DNA from: Candidatus Saccharimonadota bacterium
GTDB taxonomy: Bacteria; Patescibacteriota; Saccharimonadia; Saccharimonadales; Saccharimonadaceae
Reading direction: 5' to 3'
DNA: 64,000 nt
Assembly: GCA_017509895.1 (NCBI GenBank)
Contig: JAFWOH010000001.1
Location: forward strand, 1,454 to 65,453
The translations under genes were made by a program, and so were the position numbers. Positions 1 through 10,386 of the stretch are shown in pieces. A model generated the notes under the pieces. It worked only from the letters and a program-made list of their open reading frames with translations, did not search any database and had not been told where the DNA came from. Positions within the stretch are counted from its first letter, which is position 1. Each line of letters starts with the position of its first letter.

Positions 1-122
1 GCAAAATCACTAGCGGGAGTATTCTTTATGGGGGGATGATTTTGATGAAAAATAACTAGAAGATGTTTAATGATGAAGAGCGATACACCGAGACCAAGGG
101 TGATACCGGCGGCAAGCCACAT
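1..122 (-). CDS. 5' part of a gene running off the window edge, with an N-terminal hydrophobic anchor (MWLAAGITLGLGVSLFIIKHLL...)
   Basis: The ATG overlaps the upstream stop (TAATG coupling at 124-120); the frame stays open to base 1; hydrophobic N-terminus. Confidence 0.45.
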   Translation of the reverse strand, partial: MWLAAGITLGLGVSLFIIKHLLVIFHQNHPPIKNTPASDF

Positions 123-838
123 TACTCGACAAACTCCATGTTTGGATAGGCGCTCTTCATGCGATTATCCGGATAGACAGTATCAAGGAATTGGCCATAA
201 GGGGTGAGCGGAGGGTTGCCCTGATGACGGAAGTTCCAGCGTACGACGGCGGAGAAGCTGAGCAACATATCAATGACGAGAAAAATCATGATGATATTGA
301 GGGCTTTACTGCCGAATTCATAGGGGATGCGATCGGTCAGCTTGCAAATCAGCGGATAGATACATTTAATGAAGAAGACGGCGATAAAGCCCCAGAGGAA
401 GATGATGAACGGCGAGGACAGATTGTTGGCGAAACTGAGCCAGTGGTCGCTGTAATTCCAAGAGCTAGTGCCGGTGAACCAGATTTGGAGATAGCCGATG
501 ACGATTTCGGAGATGCCACAGATGAGGGCACCGCGGATAAAAAGTTGCCACCACTTTAAACCCCTCTCTGCGAGGCACTTGGCTAAAATGACTGCGCCGA
601 TGCCATATATTACAGAGAAGGGGCCATAGATAGTGGCGCTTCGGCGCTCAATAAAGATTTCGCCGCTGCCAATGAGATGGGTACAGAAGTTTAAGACAAC
701 TTCATAAACATCACCAAAGATACAACCGATGATAAAGATAGTACAAAGTTTTTGATAGCCGAGGCCGGCGGCAAATTTCTTAGGAGTCTCGGTCTCTGAT
801 GGGGAAGTTTCTTTGACGGCTGCTTTCTTAGTAACCAT
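122..838 (-). CDS. Putative ABC-transporter permease family membrane protein (CmpB/TMEM229-like)
   Basis: Several TM segments; family-like motifs GPFSVIYGIG, SWNYSD and P..G.FLD..YP; leaderless-type promoter. Confidence 0.7.
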   Translation of the reverse strand: MVTKKAAVKETSPSETETPKKFAAGLGYQKLCTIFIIGCIFGDVYEVVLNFCTHLIGSGEIFIERRSATIYGPFSVIYGIGAVILAKCLAERGLKWWQLFIRGALICGISEIVIGYLQIWFTGTSSWNYSDHWLSFANNLSSPFIIFLWGFIAVFFIKCIYPLICKLTDRIPYEFGSKALNIIMIFLVIDMLLSFSAVVRWNFRHQGNPPLTPYGQFLDTVYPDNRMKSAYPNMEFVE

Positions 839-840
839 AA

Positions 841-1569
841 TTAAATTATATCACTTTCTAAAAATTTGATAATTTCTTTAGCAGTTTCCTTGGGCTTTTC
901 ATAGTTCAAAAGGTGGCCGGTACCGGGGATGAAAGCGGTTTTTTGGCCTAGCTCCCTAGCTAGAGCCTCGGTGCGTTTTCTGGAAATGAGATGGTCTTTT
1001 GCGCCGGCAAGGAATAGTGCATTTTTATTAAAATTGAAACTAGAGATGGAGTGATTAATCGAGAAGATGCCGGCGAGATTAACATCTTTTTTACTGACAA
1101 ATTGTTTTGAGGCCTCGCGGGTGAGACGCATAGTCTTTTTGGCGGTTTTAAGGCCGTTTGGGACCATGTTAAAGGCTGTCGTGGTAACATCTACGACACT
1201 TCTGGGGAAGGCGGTAGCAAGGGGGTTGAGAATGGCAATCGGGCGGGGAGGTTTAGTGGAGATAGGGGCGAGGAAGACGAGCTTTTCACTTAATTTCTCG
1301 GGGTATTTTTCGGCGGTGGCGGCGGCAATAAGCGAGCCCATGGAATGACCGATAAGGACGGGATTTTTAATCTGGTTTTCATCGATATAGGCCGAGATAA
1401 AATCTGCATAGGAATCCCTAGTATATTCTTTTAAGGGGTCAGAATCGGCAAAAGGTGGAATGCTCGGGATAAAAACTCGGTGTCCGGCGCTCTCGAGGAC
1501 CTTGCCGATTTCGGCGAGCCCAGCGGGGCTACCGCGATAACCATGGATTAAGACGACATCTTCTTTCAT
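841..1569 (-). CDS. Alpha/beta-fold hydrolase
   Basis: LIHG oxyanion motif, GHSMG nucleophile elbow, D (GAKD) and H (GTGH) catalytic residues. Confidence 0.85.
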   Translation of the reverse strand: MKEDVVLIHGYRGSPAGLAEIGKVLESAGHRVFIPSIPPFADSDPLKEYTRDSYADFISAYIDENQIKNPVLIGHSMGSLIAAATAEKYPEKLSEKLVFLAPISTKPPRPIAILNPLATAFPRSVVDVTTTAFNMVPNGLKTAKKTMRLTREASKQFVSKKDVNLAGIFSINHSISSFNFNKNALFLAGAKDHLISRKRTEALARELGQKTAFIPGTGHLLNYEKPKETAKEIIKFLESDII

Positions 1570-2750
1570 AGTTTTTTGGCGGCTTCTAACTGAGGGTCTT
1601 TATTGCTATTAATATCGTCATAGGTGCGTTCAACTTTTTTATCTGGCTCGATACCGGAATCGCCGATGTTCTGGCCGTCAGGAGTGTACCAGTGAGCGGA
1701 AGTGACCTTTAAGATGCTATTCCCGGAGAGACTGAGCATACTCTGGACGACGCCTTTACCGTATGTCGTTTCTCCGACAAGCGTGGCTTTATGATAATCT
1801 TTTAATGCACCGGCGGTAATCTCCGAGGCGGAGGCGGTGCCACCATTGACAAGAACAATGGTCTTCATGTTTTTTAGAATGGCTTTGCCACGAGAGGTAT
1901 AGAGGACGGTATTGTCGCTCGCGATTTTGCTCTTTTGCTCAAAGGCCTTCTCGCCGTCTAGCCAGAGCGAGAGGAGATCGACTGCCGCAGAGGTATAGCC
2001 GCCACCGTTGTCACGAAGGTCTAAGATGACCTTTTTGATTCCCTTGCTTTCAAATTCCTTGGCGAACTTTTCGACCAATGTCCCAGTATCTTTGTCAAAA
2101 CGGGTGGTAAGGATGTAGGCCGTATCGCCGTCATAAGAGACATCGGCGGAGACATTATTAATCTCTTCACGAATGAGATCAAAACTTTTTTCGTCTTCGC
2201 CGCGGACGACGGTTAATTTTACTTTGGTGCCGGCCTCACCGCGAAGCTTTGAGACGATTTCGTCACTGTCTAGATTATAAACCGGCTCATCATCAATTTT
2301 ATAGATGATGTCTCCGGCGAGGACGCCAGCCTCTCTCGCAGGATTATCAGGGAGAGTGCGCATGACGCGGACATAATCATCTACCCTTCTAATAGAAACG
2401 CCGATGCCGGCGCCGACCTTACCGGAAAGGCTGTCTTTAAAATCGCTGGCGGTATCTGCGGGCATATAGACGGTCCAAGGGTCTTCAACGCCGGCGGCGA
2501 TGCCCTGCTTGGCCCATTCGATGATGTTTTTATCGTCAATGTCGCCGTCAAAATTCGCAACGAGAGCATCATAGACTTCATTTAGTGCGGACCAATCTTT
2601 AGCTTTTTCGGAGGTTCTGCCAAAGCCAATATAAGGAGAAATGTTAGTCCAATTAAGTCCAACAAAAAGGCCGAGTATTAAGGTGAAAGCGCCACCGATT
2701 ATGGCACTCGACAAATTAACCTTCGGATTTTTCCATTCCTTTTTGCTCAT
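1566..2750 (-). CDS. ctpA: C-terminal processing protease, S41 family, with PDZ domain
   Basis: GIG PDZ loop, LDLRDNGGG, TASASE catalytic Ser, TYGKG Lys; N-terminal TM. Confidence 0.9.
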   Translation of the reverse strand: MSKKEWKNPKVNLSSAIIGGAFTLILGLFVGLNWTNISPYIGFGRTSEKAKDWSALNEVYDALVANFDGDIDDKNIIEWAKQGIAAGVEDPWTVYMPADTASDFKDSLSGKVGAGIGVSIRRVDDYVRVMRTLPDNPAREAGVLAGDIIYKIDDEPVYNLDSDEIVSKLRGEAGTKVKLTVVRGEDEKSFDLIREEINNVSADVSYDGDTAYILTTRFDKDTGTLVEKFAKEFESKGIKKVILDLRDNGGGYTSAAVDLLSLWLDGEKAFEQKSKIASDNTVLYTSRGKAILKNMKTIVLVNGGTASASEITAGALKDYHKATLVGETTYGKGVVQSMLSLSGNSILKVTSAHWYTPDGQNIGDSGIEPDKKVERTYDDINSNKDPQLEAAKKL

Positions 2751-2768
2751 CTTTAATATTATATCACT

Positions 2769-4085
2769 TTAGTCAAAATAGATAAAGGAGAAGCCGGCAC
2801 TTTGGTATTCATAAGGTGCCCAATAATCTTCGCCATAATCACCGTACATGCCACTCGGGGCGGTGCCGAGATTATTATATTCGGAAATATAGATACCGCC
2901 ACTAGCATCAACGGACTCTACCCATTGGACATGGCCAACTCCACCGACTGGCCAGACGGCGACAGAATGTGCCACCGGAGTACTCGATACATGATAGCCA
3001 TAAGCGGCGGCGGACCAAGCCCATGAGATAGCATTACCCCACGCGACATTCCAAGGTGCATAAGCCTCTTTACCGCCAGAAATCCGGCCATGCCAATATT
3101 CATAAGCCTTATAACCAGCATAAGAGACACATTCACATATAAAGCCACCATAATAATTAGTGTAGCCGAATTGACCAAAGTAAGCACCCCAACCGAGATT
3201 ATTACCGTCATTCTGGGGGCAGTAATCACGATAAGCATAGGTATCATTAGCGGCGTTAGTATAAACGCCAACGGTAGGACCACTATAGAGGGCCTCTTCG
3301 ATAGTAGCGTATTCACCTCTTTCGACAGCGGCGCGAGCCTCTTCTTGGCGACGACGCTCGGCCTCGGCGGCGATGCGCTGGCGCTCGGCCTCCATGGCTT
3401 TTGCAACCTCTTCGGCCTGAATACGGCGGGCCTCCTCGGCCTCTGCGGCAAAGGCAGAAGCATCACTAGCGTATTTAGCCTGAAGATTAGCCTGTTCCTG
3501 ACGCATGGTGGCGATTTCGTTTCGTTCCCTTTCCTGACCCTGTTTTAAAACCTCTTGATCAGATTTTTGCTGCTCTAATTCCTTTTTGGTCTCTTCGATT
3601 TTTTCGGCGCTAGCGGCAATCTGGTCTTTAACGGCCTCTGCTCGAGCCTGTTTTTCGGTCAAGTCAGTAATATTTTTACTGCCGGCAATCTGAAGAATGA
3701 GCTCGGTGTCATTGTTATGGTTCATGTCATTAAGCACTTCGGCGAGAGCGGTCTTTTGTTCTGTCAAAGTTTTAATTTTTTCATCAATTTCTTTAGTTAA
3801 AGTGTTAATCTGATTAATGGAAGCCTGAATGACGGCCTCTTTCTGAGAGATTTCTCCGCTCAAGCGGTTTACCTCTTGTTCGTAAGTATAGGCAGTATTT
3901 GCGGCCTTTTCGGCGGCCTCATTTTTCTCGGCCTCATCTTTTTTAGCCTGTTTGCAGGCATCAGAAGTACAGTAATCGGTAGCACCAGCGGAGTTTGAAG
4001 TTAAGACAATACGGATAGCAGAGCCACTCATGAGGCAGAGGCTCGCAGTTATTAAAAGCAATGTACGCCGTATTTTAATCCACAT
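2769..4085 (-). CDS. Secreted coiled-coil + CHAP peptidoglycan hydrolase (PcsB/CwlO-like)
   Basis: Signal peptide, long coiled coil, CHAP residues ECVSYA, WGNA..W and GHVQWVE; directly downstream of ftsEX. Confidence 0.85.
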   Translation of the reverse strand: MWIKIRRTLLLITASLCLMSGSAIRIVLTSNSAGATDYCTSDACKQAKKDEAEKNEAAEKAANTAYTYEQEVNRLSGEISQKEAVIQASINQINTLTKEIDEKIKTLTEQKTALAEVLNDMNHNNDTELILQIAGSKNITDLTEKQARAEAVKDQIAASAEKIEETKKELEQQKSDQEVLKQGQERERNEIATMRQEQANLQAKYASDASAFAAEAEEARRIQAEEVAKAMEAERQRIAAEAERRRQEEARAAVERGEYATIEEALYSGPTVGVYTNAANDTYAYRDYCPQNDGNNLGWGAYFGQFGYTNYYGGFICECVSYAGYKAYEYWHGRISGGKEAYAPWNVAWGNAISWAWSAAAYGYHVSSTPVAHSVAVWPVGGVGHVQWVESVDASGGIYISEYNNLGTAPSGMYGDYGEDYWAPYEYQSAGFSFIYFD

Positions 4086-4120
4086 ACTTTTATTATAATA
4101 TGCTTATGCTAAAAATGCAA

Positions 4121-5182
4121 CTATTTTTTTGTTTTATTTAAATATTTTTTAATGGCAAGCTGCGCAGAGAGAGCGCCGATGAACATACCGACAAGACAAG
4201 CACAGAGGAAGACGAGGACGAGCTTTTGGCTCTCGACGATATCGGAAATTTTTGAGACATCAATACCATATTCTTTTAAGCTAGGGGCGATAGCGGTGTA
4301 GCCAAAATAGGCAGCGGTAGTGGCGATGAGGCCGGCGATAATGCCAGAGATTTGTGACTCGACAATGAAGGGGCCACGAATGAAAGATTTGTCTGCGCCG
4401 ACGAGACGCATCATATAAATCTCTTCGCGGCGGGAGAAGATGGCCATCCGGATGGTGTTGAAGATGACGAGCATAGAGATGATAATGAAGATAATAGAGA
4501 GAATCCAGCCGGTGCGATTGGCAATCTCAGCCCAAGTATTAATGGTGTCGATTTCCTTGCGATTAGTATCGTAGGTGGGGGGATACTCAGGATCGATGTT
4601 ATCAGCAAAAATCTTGTTTCCCTCGACGATTTTTTCAACACTTTCGGTGTTATCAAGGTTATAGACTTTAATGCGGAGTGTGGCCTGCATGGCGGAAATC
4701 ATGAGCTTTTTCATTTCTTCGTCGTTTAGGGTTTTCATTAGGACTTCATCATCCTTGTTTTCTTCGACGAATTTCGCGAAGACATCCTCGGAAGTGCTAG
4801 CGGCGACCTGACGGACATTTTTATCCTCCATGAGGATATTGGTCATTTCTTTCATGGTTTCAGATGAAGTACCCGGCTTTAAGAAAATGGTCACATCAAT
4901 TTTTTCACGCAAGGTCTCGGCGGTGCTAGAGAGAATGGCGGAGGCGATGAAAGTAGTTAAAATGATGAGGATGGTGATGGTCATGACGAGGGTCGAGGCG
5001 ATAGAAAGCCAAATATTCCTAGCAAAACCGATAGCGCCATATTTCATAATGCGGGCGCTTGAACGAGCCTTGTGGCTATGACCGTTTTTAGTCATCGTGC
5101 GAAGATTTTTCTTGGTAGTTTTGACCTGTTTCTTAGCACGATTCTCGGCGAGGCGTTCTTCGGAAGTTTCTGGTTTACTCAT
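4121..5182 (-). CDS. ftsX: Cell division permease FtsX
   Basis: Four-TM layout; IFNTIRMAIFSRREEIYMMRLVGA...IRGPFIVE signature; coupled to ftsE. Confidence 0.9.
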   Translation of the reverse strand: MSKPETSEERLAENRAKKQVKTTKKNLRTMTKNGHSHKARSSARIMKYGAIGFARNIWLSIASTLVMTITILIILTTFIASAILSSTAETLREKIDVTIFLKPGTSSETMKEMTNILMEDKNVRQVAASTSEDVFAKFVEENKDDEVLMKTLNDEEMKKLMISAMQATLRIKVYNLDNTESVEKIVEGNKIFADNIDPEYPPTYDTNRKEIDTINTWAEIANRTGWILSIIFIIISMLVIFNTIRMAIFSRREEIYMMRLVGADKSFIRGPFIVESQISGIIAGLIATTAAYFGYTAIAPSLKEYGIDVSKISDIVESQKLVLVFLCACLVGMFIGALSAQLAIKKYLNKTKK

Positions 5183-6228
5183 TAGATGACACTCCTGTTT
5201 GGTTTAATGGCTTTTACGGACTTTGTAGCGGGGCTAGAGGAGGCCTTGGGGGCCTTTTTAGAGACAACAGGGGCGGCAAAAGGGTCTCTAGAGGTCATAA
5301 CAGGGACAGGGGCCGGCTTTTTGGGCGTGGCTCTACGCATAGCGACAGGAGCTTTAACCGGCTTTCTGATAGAATAGAGCGGAGTCTCAGAGATAGGACG
5401 CTTCTCGGTCTTGACGGTACGGATGTGTTTTACGGGCTCTGGCTTTTCCGAGGCGAAAAGATTCTTATTCTCGGCTTGGCGTAGGCGAGCGGCAACACGC
5501 GCGGCGACCTCAGCGCGAGCAGCGGCCTCAGCGGAGGCGCGATCGAGACGATAAACCCCGCCGTCTTTTTGATCGGCGACGATACGGCCGTCTTTGATGG
5601 TAATAACTCGTTTTCTTAGGTTGTTAACGACATTTTCGTCATGGGTGGTGACAAGGACGGTGGTCCCGGAGTCGTTAATTCTTTGTAAGAGATTGATGAT
5701 TTCGGACTTAGTAAGGACATCGAGATTGGCCGTAGGCTCATCAGCGATGAGGATTTTAGGCTGCCTCGCGACAGCACGAGCGATGGCGACACGCTGAATC
5801 TCTCCACCAGAGAGAGCGGAGGGGAATTTTTTGGCCTTATCCTGTAATTCGACGATTTCGAGGACCTTTGGGACGGTGTTTTTGATTTCCTTAGAGGAAA
5901 AACCGGCAATCTCGAGGGCGAAGGCGACATTTTCAAAAACTGTACGACCCGGCAGAAGTTTAAAATCTTGGAAAACTACACCGAGGCGCCTTCTATAATG
6001 CGGAATATAACGCTTTTTAACATATTTTAAATCAATCCCGCCGACGGTAATATTACCAGAGGTCGGATTTTCTTCCTTGGTAATCATTTTAATGACAGTC
6101 GACTTCCCGGCGCCGGATTTACCGACCATAAAGGCAAATTCGCCCGGCTCAATATGCAAAGATACCTCGTCTAGCGCGGGCCGAGGATCCGAGGGGTAGA
6201 GCTTCGTCACATGATCGAGCAATATCAT
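5182..6228 (-). CDS. ftsE: Cell division ATP-binding protein FtsE with a ~120-aa C-terminal extension
   Basis: GKSGAGKST, GVVFQDFKLL, LSGGE, ADEPT; adjacent to ftsX. Confidence 0.92.
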   Translation of the reverse strand: MILLDHVTKLYPSDPRPALDEVSLHIEPGEFAFMVGKSGAGKSTVIKMITKEENPTSGNITVGGIDLKYVKKRYIPHYRRRLGVVFQDFKLLPGRTVFENVAFALEIAGFSSKEIKNTVPKVLEIVELQDKAKKFPSALSGGEIQRVAIARAVARQPKILIADEPTANLDVLTKSEIINLLQRINDSGTTVLVTTHDENVVNNLRKRVITIKDGRIVADQKDGGVYRLDRASAEAAARAEVAARVAARLRQAENKNLFASEKPEPVKHIRTVKTEKRPISETPLYSIRKPVKAPVAMRRATPKKPAPVPVMTSRDPFAAPVVSKKAPKASSSPATKSVKAIKPNRSVI

Positions 6229-6252
6229 ATAAATATGATAGCATAAGCTAGA

Positions 6253-7314
6253 TTACAATTCAAGAAAAGCATTAATAAAATTATCAATTTCGCCATTTAA
6301 GACGGCATCAGTATCGGTGGTTTCGTATTTAGTGCGGGTGTCCTTGACGAGCCGATAAGGTTGGAGTACATAATTTCTGATTTGTTGGCCCCAAGAGGCG
6401 GATTCGCCAGCCCTTAATTTGTCGATAGATTCGGCCTGTTGTTCTAATTGCATCTGGGCGAGTTTGCCACGGAGAATCTCCATGGCTTTTTCTTTGTTTT
6501 GGAGCTGAGAACGCTCGTTTTGGATAGCGACGACGGTGTTTGTGGGGAGGTGAGTGATGCGGACGGCGGAATTAGTAGTGTTGACAGATTGACCGCCATG
6601 ACCACCAGAGTGATAAACATCAATACGGAGGTCTTTTTCATCGATTTTAACTTCGGAATCATTCTCGATAATGGGGAGGATTTCGACGAGGGCAAAAGAA
6701 GTCTGCCGTAGATTGTCGGCGTTAAAGGGAGAGAGACGGACGAGACGGTGGACGCCATGTTCAGACTTGAGAAGTCCATAGACATTTGTACCGCTAAGCT
6801 CATAGACGGCGGTTTTAATACCGGCCTCTTCCCCGGCTTGGCGTTCGATGAGACTCATTTTTATATTGTGTCTTTCACAATATCTTTGATACATCCTTTC
6901 GAGCATCCCGGCCCAATCCATCGCCTCGGTCCCGCCGGCGCCGGAAGTAATACGAAGGACGGCATTGTTATGATCGTATGGGCCGGTAAAGCGAAGGGCC
7001 TTTTTTAGCTTTTGGAATTCTTTTTCAAGTGTCTCGATTAGAGACTCGATTTCGGGAACGAGATCGGGCTCATTTAAGTCAAGGAGCTCTTTTAAATCGG
7101 CGGTCTGAACCTTTAAAACTTCCCATGGCTCTACCTCCTCTCTGAGCCTAGCGTATTGCTCGTTTTTTAATTTAGCATCTTCGGGATTTTTCCAGAGGTC
7201 TGGAGCTGTGATTTCGACCCCGAGCTCTTTAATTTTAGCAAGCTTTTCGTCTAGGCTTAGTTTTTCCCAAGCCTTTTCAATTTCTTTTTGTAACTCTTTT
7301 AGACGCTTTTCCAT
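6253..7314 (-). CDS. prfB: Peptide chain release factor 2 (start reassigned to MEKR; no programmed frameshift)
   Basis: GGQ motif, SPF tripeptide (RLSPF), GGTEAMDW; TGGTATAAT 7 nt before the ATG at 7314. Confidence 0.95.
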   Translation of the reverse strand: MEKRLKELQKEIEKAWEKLSLDEKLAKIKELGVEITAPDLWKNPEDAKLKNEQYARLREEVEPWEVLKVQTADLKELLDLNEPDLVPEIESLIETLEKEFQKLKKALRFTGPYDHNNAVLRITSGAGGTEAMDWAGMLERMYQRYCERHNIKMSLIERQAGEEAGIKTAVYELSGTNVYGLLKSEHGVHRLVRLSPFNADNLRQTSFALVEILPIIENDSEVKIDEKDLRIDVYHSGGHGGQSVNTTNSAVRITHLPTNTVVAIQNERSQLQNKEKAMEILRGKLAQMQLEQQAESIDKLRAGESASWGQQIRNYVLQPYRLVKDTRTKYETTDTDAVLNGEIDNFINAFLEL

Positions 7315-7334
7315 TCTTTTTATTATACCATGAA

Positions 7335-7360
7335 AAAGGCCGCGATGTTCTGCGGCCTTT
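7335..7360. terminator. Intrinsic terminator hairpin
   Basis: AAAGGCCGC-N8-GCGGCCTTT with A/T tails. Confidence 0.75.
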
Positions 7361-7434
7361 AGATTTTGGATCATCTCCTTTCCGGCTTGAAATAGGTGTT
7401 TAAACACCAGCCTATGTATGAAAAACGAGATGAT

Positions 7435-7803
7435 TTAATGTGTGGCTCGGACTCTATTCTCAAGTTCTTCGAATTTTTTGGTCCAGTGCCCGGTTGCAAT
7501 AAACACAGATGAAACTGTGTTGTCTTTGCTCTCTGCGGTAAAGACAATGCCGCCGTTTTCGCCGCCGTCTTCGATAACATAGAGTTCGGTGATAGACTCG
7601 TTGTCGTCAACTATTGTTCGGACGGCAATTTGAATATCTCCTCCGTTATGAACTTTGCCGAGAGCATGATATGTATCGGCCTCGAAAAGCTCTGGTGCAA
7701 CTGCTAATAAATTATCGATGCGCTCGACAACATCTTCGGCAATTGCGAATCTGGCTATTTGCTTGTCTAGCTCAACTCCCTTATTAATGTTCATCTGTGC
7801 CAT
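7435..7803 (-). CDS. Hypothetical protein, stand-alone cassette
   Basis: Own promoter TTGTCA-N17-TATAAT, SD AAAGGGGGTG, downstream terminator. Confidence 0.7.
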   Translation of the reverse strand: MAQMNINKGVELDKQIARFAIAEDVVERIDNLLAVAPELFEADTYHALGKVHNGGDIQIAVRTIVDDNESITELYVIEDGGENGGIVFTAESKDNTVSSVFIATGHWTKKFEELENRVRATH

Positions 7804-7844
7804 AAACTGACACCCCCTTTCAGATTTTTTCTATTATAGCATAT

Positions 7845-9092
7845 TTAGAGAGATTTGACAATAGCTTTAAACTGATTGCCGCGGTCTTTATAAGATTTAA
7901 ACATGTCAAAGGAGGCGGAACAGGGGGAGAGGAGGACGACGGCATCTTTCCCGGCTGTCTCGGCGAGGTCCTTTGCGGCCATGATGGCTTTTTCAAAATC
8001 GGTTTTACAATCAAGATATTTTTCGGGATTTTCATTTTTCATAAACTCTTTGGCAGTCTCACCGATTAAAACGGCTTTGATGAGATTTTTATTGTCAAAG
8101 ATGGCACGCTTTGCTGGTTCTAAATCAGTTCCCTTGCTGCTGCCGCCGGCGATGAGGACGAGGGGTTGGCCCTCAAAAGATTTAAGAGCGGCATCAAGAG
8201 CTGGATAGACAGTACAGAAAGAATCGTCATAATATTTAACGCCGTTTAATTCCCTGACGAATTCGATATGATGAGGCAGAGGTTCGATTTTCTCGATGGC
8301 AGATTTAAACTCTTCAAAATGCTCGGCGAGGAAGACTTCAAGACTCGTGCGGTTCTTTTTTAAAACCGGCTTATAATAAGCGTAGGTAGCAAGGAGAGCT
8401 GCCTCGAGGTTTTCCTTGTTATGCTCGCCGACGAGGTGGAGAGAGTTTAAGAGCTTTTTTAGAATCTCTGGCTTTTTAACTAGGGGATAGGGGAATTTTT
8501 CGGCCATGGAAGTATCCGCAATCTTCTTTGAATCGGGGTTGTTTTTAAAATAAATAACTGATTCATAGGGGGCCTGATGTCTCGTGATATTAGCCTTGGC
8601 GGAGACATAATCGTCAAAATCTTTGTGAACATTGAGATGGTCTGGCTCAATGCGGAGGACGACAGCGACACTCGGTGACTTTTGGAGATCCCAAAGCTGG
8701 AAACTAGAAAGTTCATAGACGACGATGTCCTCTGGGGCGATTTTTTCTAAATAATTCAGGGAAGGCTCGCCGATATTACCGACGAGATGGACGGTCTTTC
8801 CGAGGCTCTCCAAGAGACTAATTATCATGGTACAGGTAGTGCCTTTCCCTTTGGTGCCGGTCACACCGATAATGGGAGCGGGGCAATGGTCAAAGAAATA
8901 TTTGGTGACGGAAGTCCAATTTGTTGGCTCGGGACTAGGAAACTTTACTGAAGGGGTTCTAAAGACGAGATCAAAATCTTTGGTGTCTGGTATTTGTTCA
9001 AAATCATTAAAAATTTTAACCTCGGCGGTGTCTTTAAAATATTGTTCGACGCTTTTTCCCTCTAATCCATATCCTAAAATTGCAATTTTCAT
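7845..9092 (-). CDS. murD: UDP-N-acetylmuramoyl-L-alanine:D-glutamate ligase
   Basis: GVTGTKGKGTT, GNIG, ELSSFQL, DHLNVH, LSPCSASFDMFKSYKDRG. Confidence 0.95.
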   Translation of the reverse strand: MKIAILGYGLEGKSVEQYFKDTAEVKIFNDFEQIPDTKDFDLVFRTPSVKFPSPEPTNWTSVTKYFFDHCPAPIIGVTGTKGKGTTCTMIISLLESLGKTVHLVGNIGEPSLNYLEKIAPEDIVVYELSSFQLWDLQKSPSVAVVLRIEPDHLNVHKDFDDYVSAKANITRHQAPYESVIYFKNNPDSKKIADTSMAEKFPYPLVKKPEILKKLLNSLHLVGEHNKENLEAALLATYAYYKPVLKKNRTSLEVFLAEHFEEFKSAIEKIEPLPHHIEFVRELNGVKYYDDSFCTVYPALDAALKSFEGQPLVLIAGGSSKGTDLEPAKRAIFDNKNLIKAVLIGETAKEFMKNENPEKYLDCKTDFEKAIMAAKDLAETAGKDAVVLLSPCSASFDMFKSYKDRGNQFKAIVKSL

Positions 9093-9105
9093 AGTTTCTC
9101 CTTTC

Positions 9106-10380
9106 TTAAATTTCTAAATGGGCGGCTAAATCGTTAATGATGGCTTTTTCACAGGAGCCGACGGCGGCGAAGCCCTTGATGCCGGAGCCGGCATATTCGC
9201 GGGCGAGGGTGACGATTTTTGACTTGTCGATAGAGCTGATGAGCCCGGGGATTTTATGGTATTCTTCAATGTCGCCACCGAGGAAGTAGGAATCGGAATA
9301 ATAATCAGAGATTTGAGAGACAGTCTGGGCGCTCATCTGATGGCGACCGAGAGCATAAGATTTGGCGGCCTCGATGTCCGATTCTTTAATTTCGCCGTTT
9401 AAAACCTTGTTTAATTCCCTCTGGATGAGGATAAAAAGCTCGTCGGCGGTTTCTAGATTGACTTCGCCGTCAAAATCCCAAGAAGAATTTTTAATGCTAT
9501 TAGTGAGCGAGGAGCCCATGCTATAGATGAGGCCGCGTTTTCTGGCCTGACCGAAAATGCGAGAGGAGGTAGTACCACTTAAGATGTGGTTTAGACAGTC
9601 CATAATCCTAGTTTCTTCAGAGGAGAGCTTTCTGGGGGTGACAAAAGAAAAGCCAAAGGTAATATTACTGGCGTCCTTTCGACGGATTAAGACCGGATTT
9701 CCGGAATGCAATTGGTCATCCGGAGCCTCGAGACGCTCGCCTTCTTTGAGATTCCAATTTTCGAGGTTCTTGATAATTTGGCGCTTGCGCCGGCGAGGGA
9801 GACGGCCGGTGATGACGAAACGCATGTTATTCGCGGTATGAGTACGGCGATAATGCTCTCTAATATCTTTTAATTCAATATTGCCGACGGTGTTTAGGCG
9901 TTCGCGGAGGGTGGGGACGGGCTCGCCGGTGGCGGACATTAGGCGGGGCCAAATCAGGCGGGCGTAATCATTTAGATAGCCAGTAAGCTCAGAGCGGACG
10001 GTGGACTTTTCGCTTTTTAGCTCCTCGTCATTAAAGCGGGGCTCGGTGATAGAGATGCGGTTTAATTCTAAAATGCGATCCCATTCAAAATCGGCACACT
10101 CGGCCTCATAACAGACAGAGAGATCAGAAGTCCATGCGTTGTGATAGGCACCGTTTTTAGTGAATTCAGATTCAAAAGCCTGCTCGTCTTTAAACCTAGC
10201 ATTGGCGCCGAAACTTAAGTGTTCAACGATATGGGCGATTTCATAAAGCTCTGGTTTTTTGGCATAGCGACAGCCGGCGCGAAATTGAATTTTAAAATTC
10301 ATCACGCTGGCGCCGGGGACATTGATAAGAAGGCCCTTCATACCATTTTTCAGGACAATTTCGTCAACAGAATGCCTCAT
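9106..10380 (-). CDS. M16 (pitrilysin-family) zinc peptidase
   Basis: HIVEH inverted zinc motif, NAWTS, SSRIF..AR. Confidence 0.88.
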   Translation of the reverse strand: MRHSVDEIVLKNGMKGLLINVPGASVMNFKIQFRAGCRYAKKPELYEIAHIVEHLSFGANARFKDEQAFESEFTKNGAYHNAWTSDLSVCYEAECADFEWDRILELNRISITEPRFNDEELKSEKSTVRSELTGYLNDYARLIWPRLMSATGEPVPTLRERLNTVGNIELKDIREHYRRTHTANNMRFVITGRLPRRRKRQIIKNLENWNLKEGERLEAPDDQLHSGNPVLIRRKDASNITFGFSFVTPRKLSSEETRIMDCLNHILSGTTSSRIFGQARKRGLIYSMGSSLTNSIKNSSWDFDGEVNLETADELFILIQRELNKVLNGEIKESDIEAAKSYALGRHQMSAQTVSQISDYYSDSYFLGGDIEEYHKIPGLISSIDKSKIVTLAREYAGSGIKGFAAVGSCEKAIINDLAAHLEI

Positions 10381-10386
10381 AGAGGG

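Noticed and set aside
7250-7407. Programmed +1 frameshift in prfB
   Set aside because: The ORF is continuous from ATG 7314 (AWEKLSLDEK in frame) with no CTT-TGA slippery site. The extra 31 N-terminal codons in the ORF track read through a terminator and promoter.
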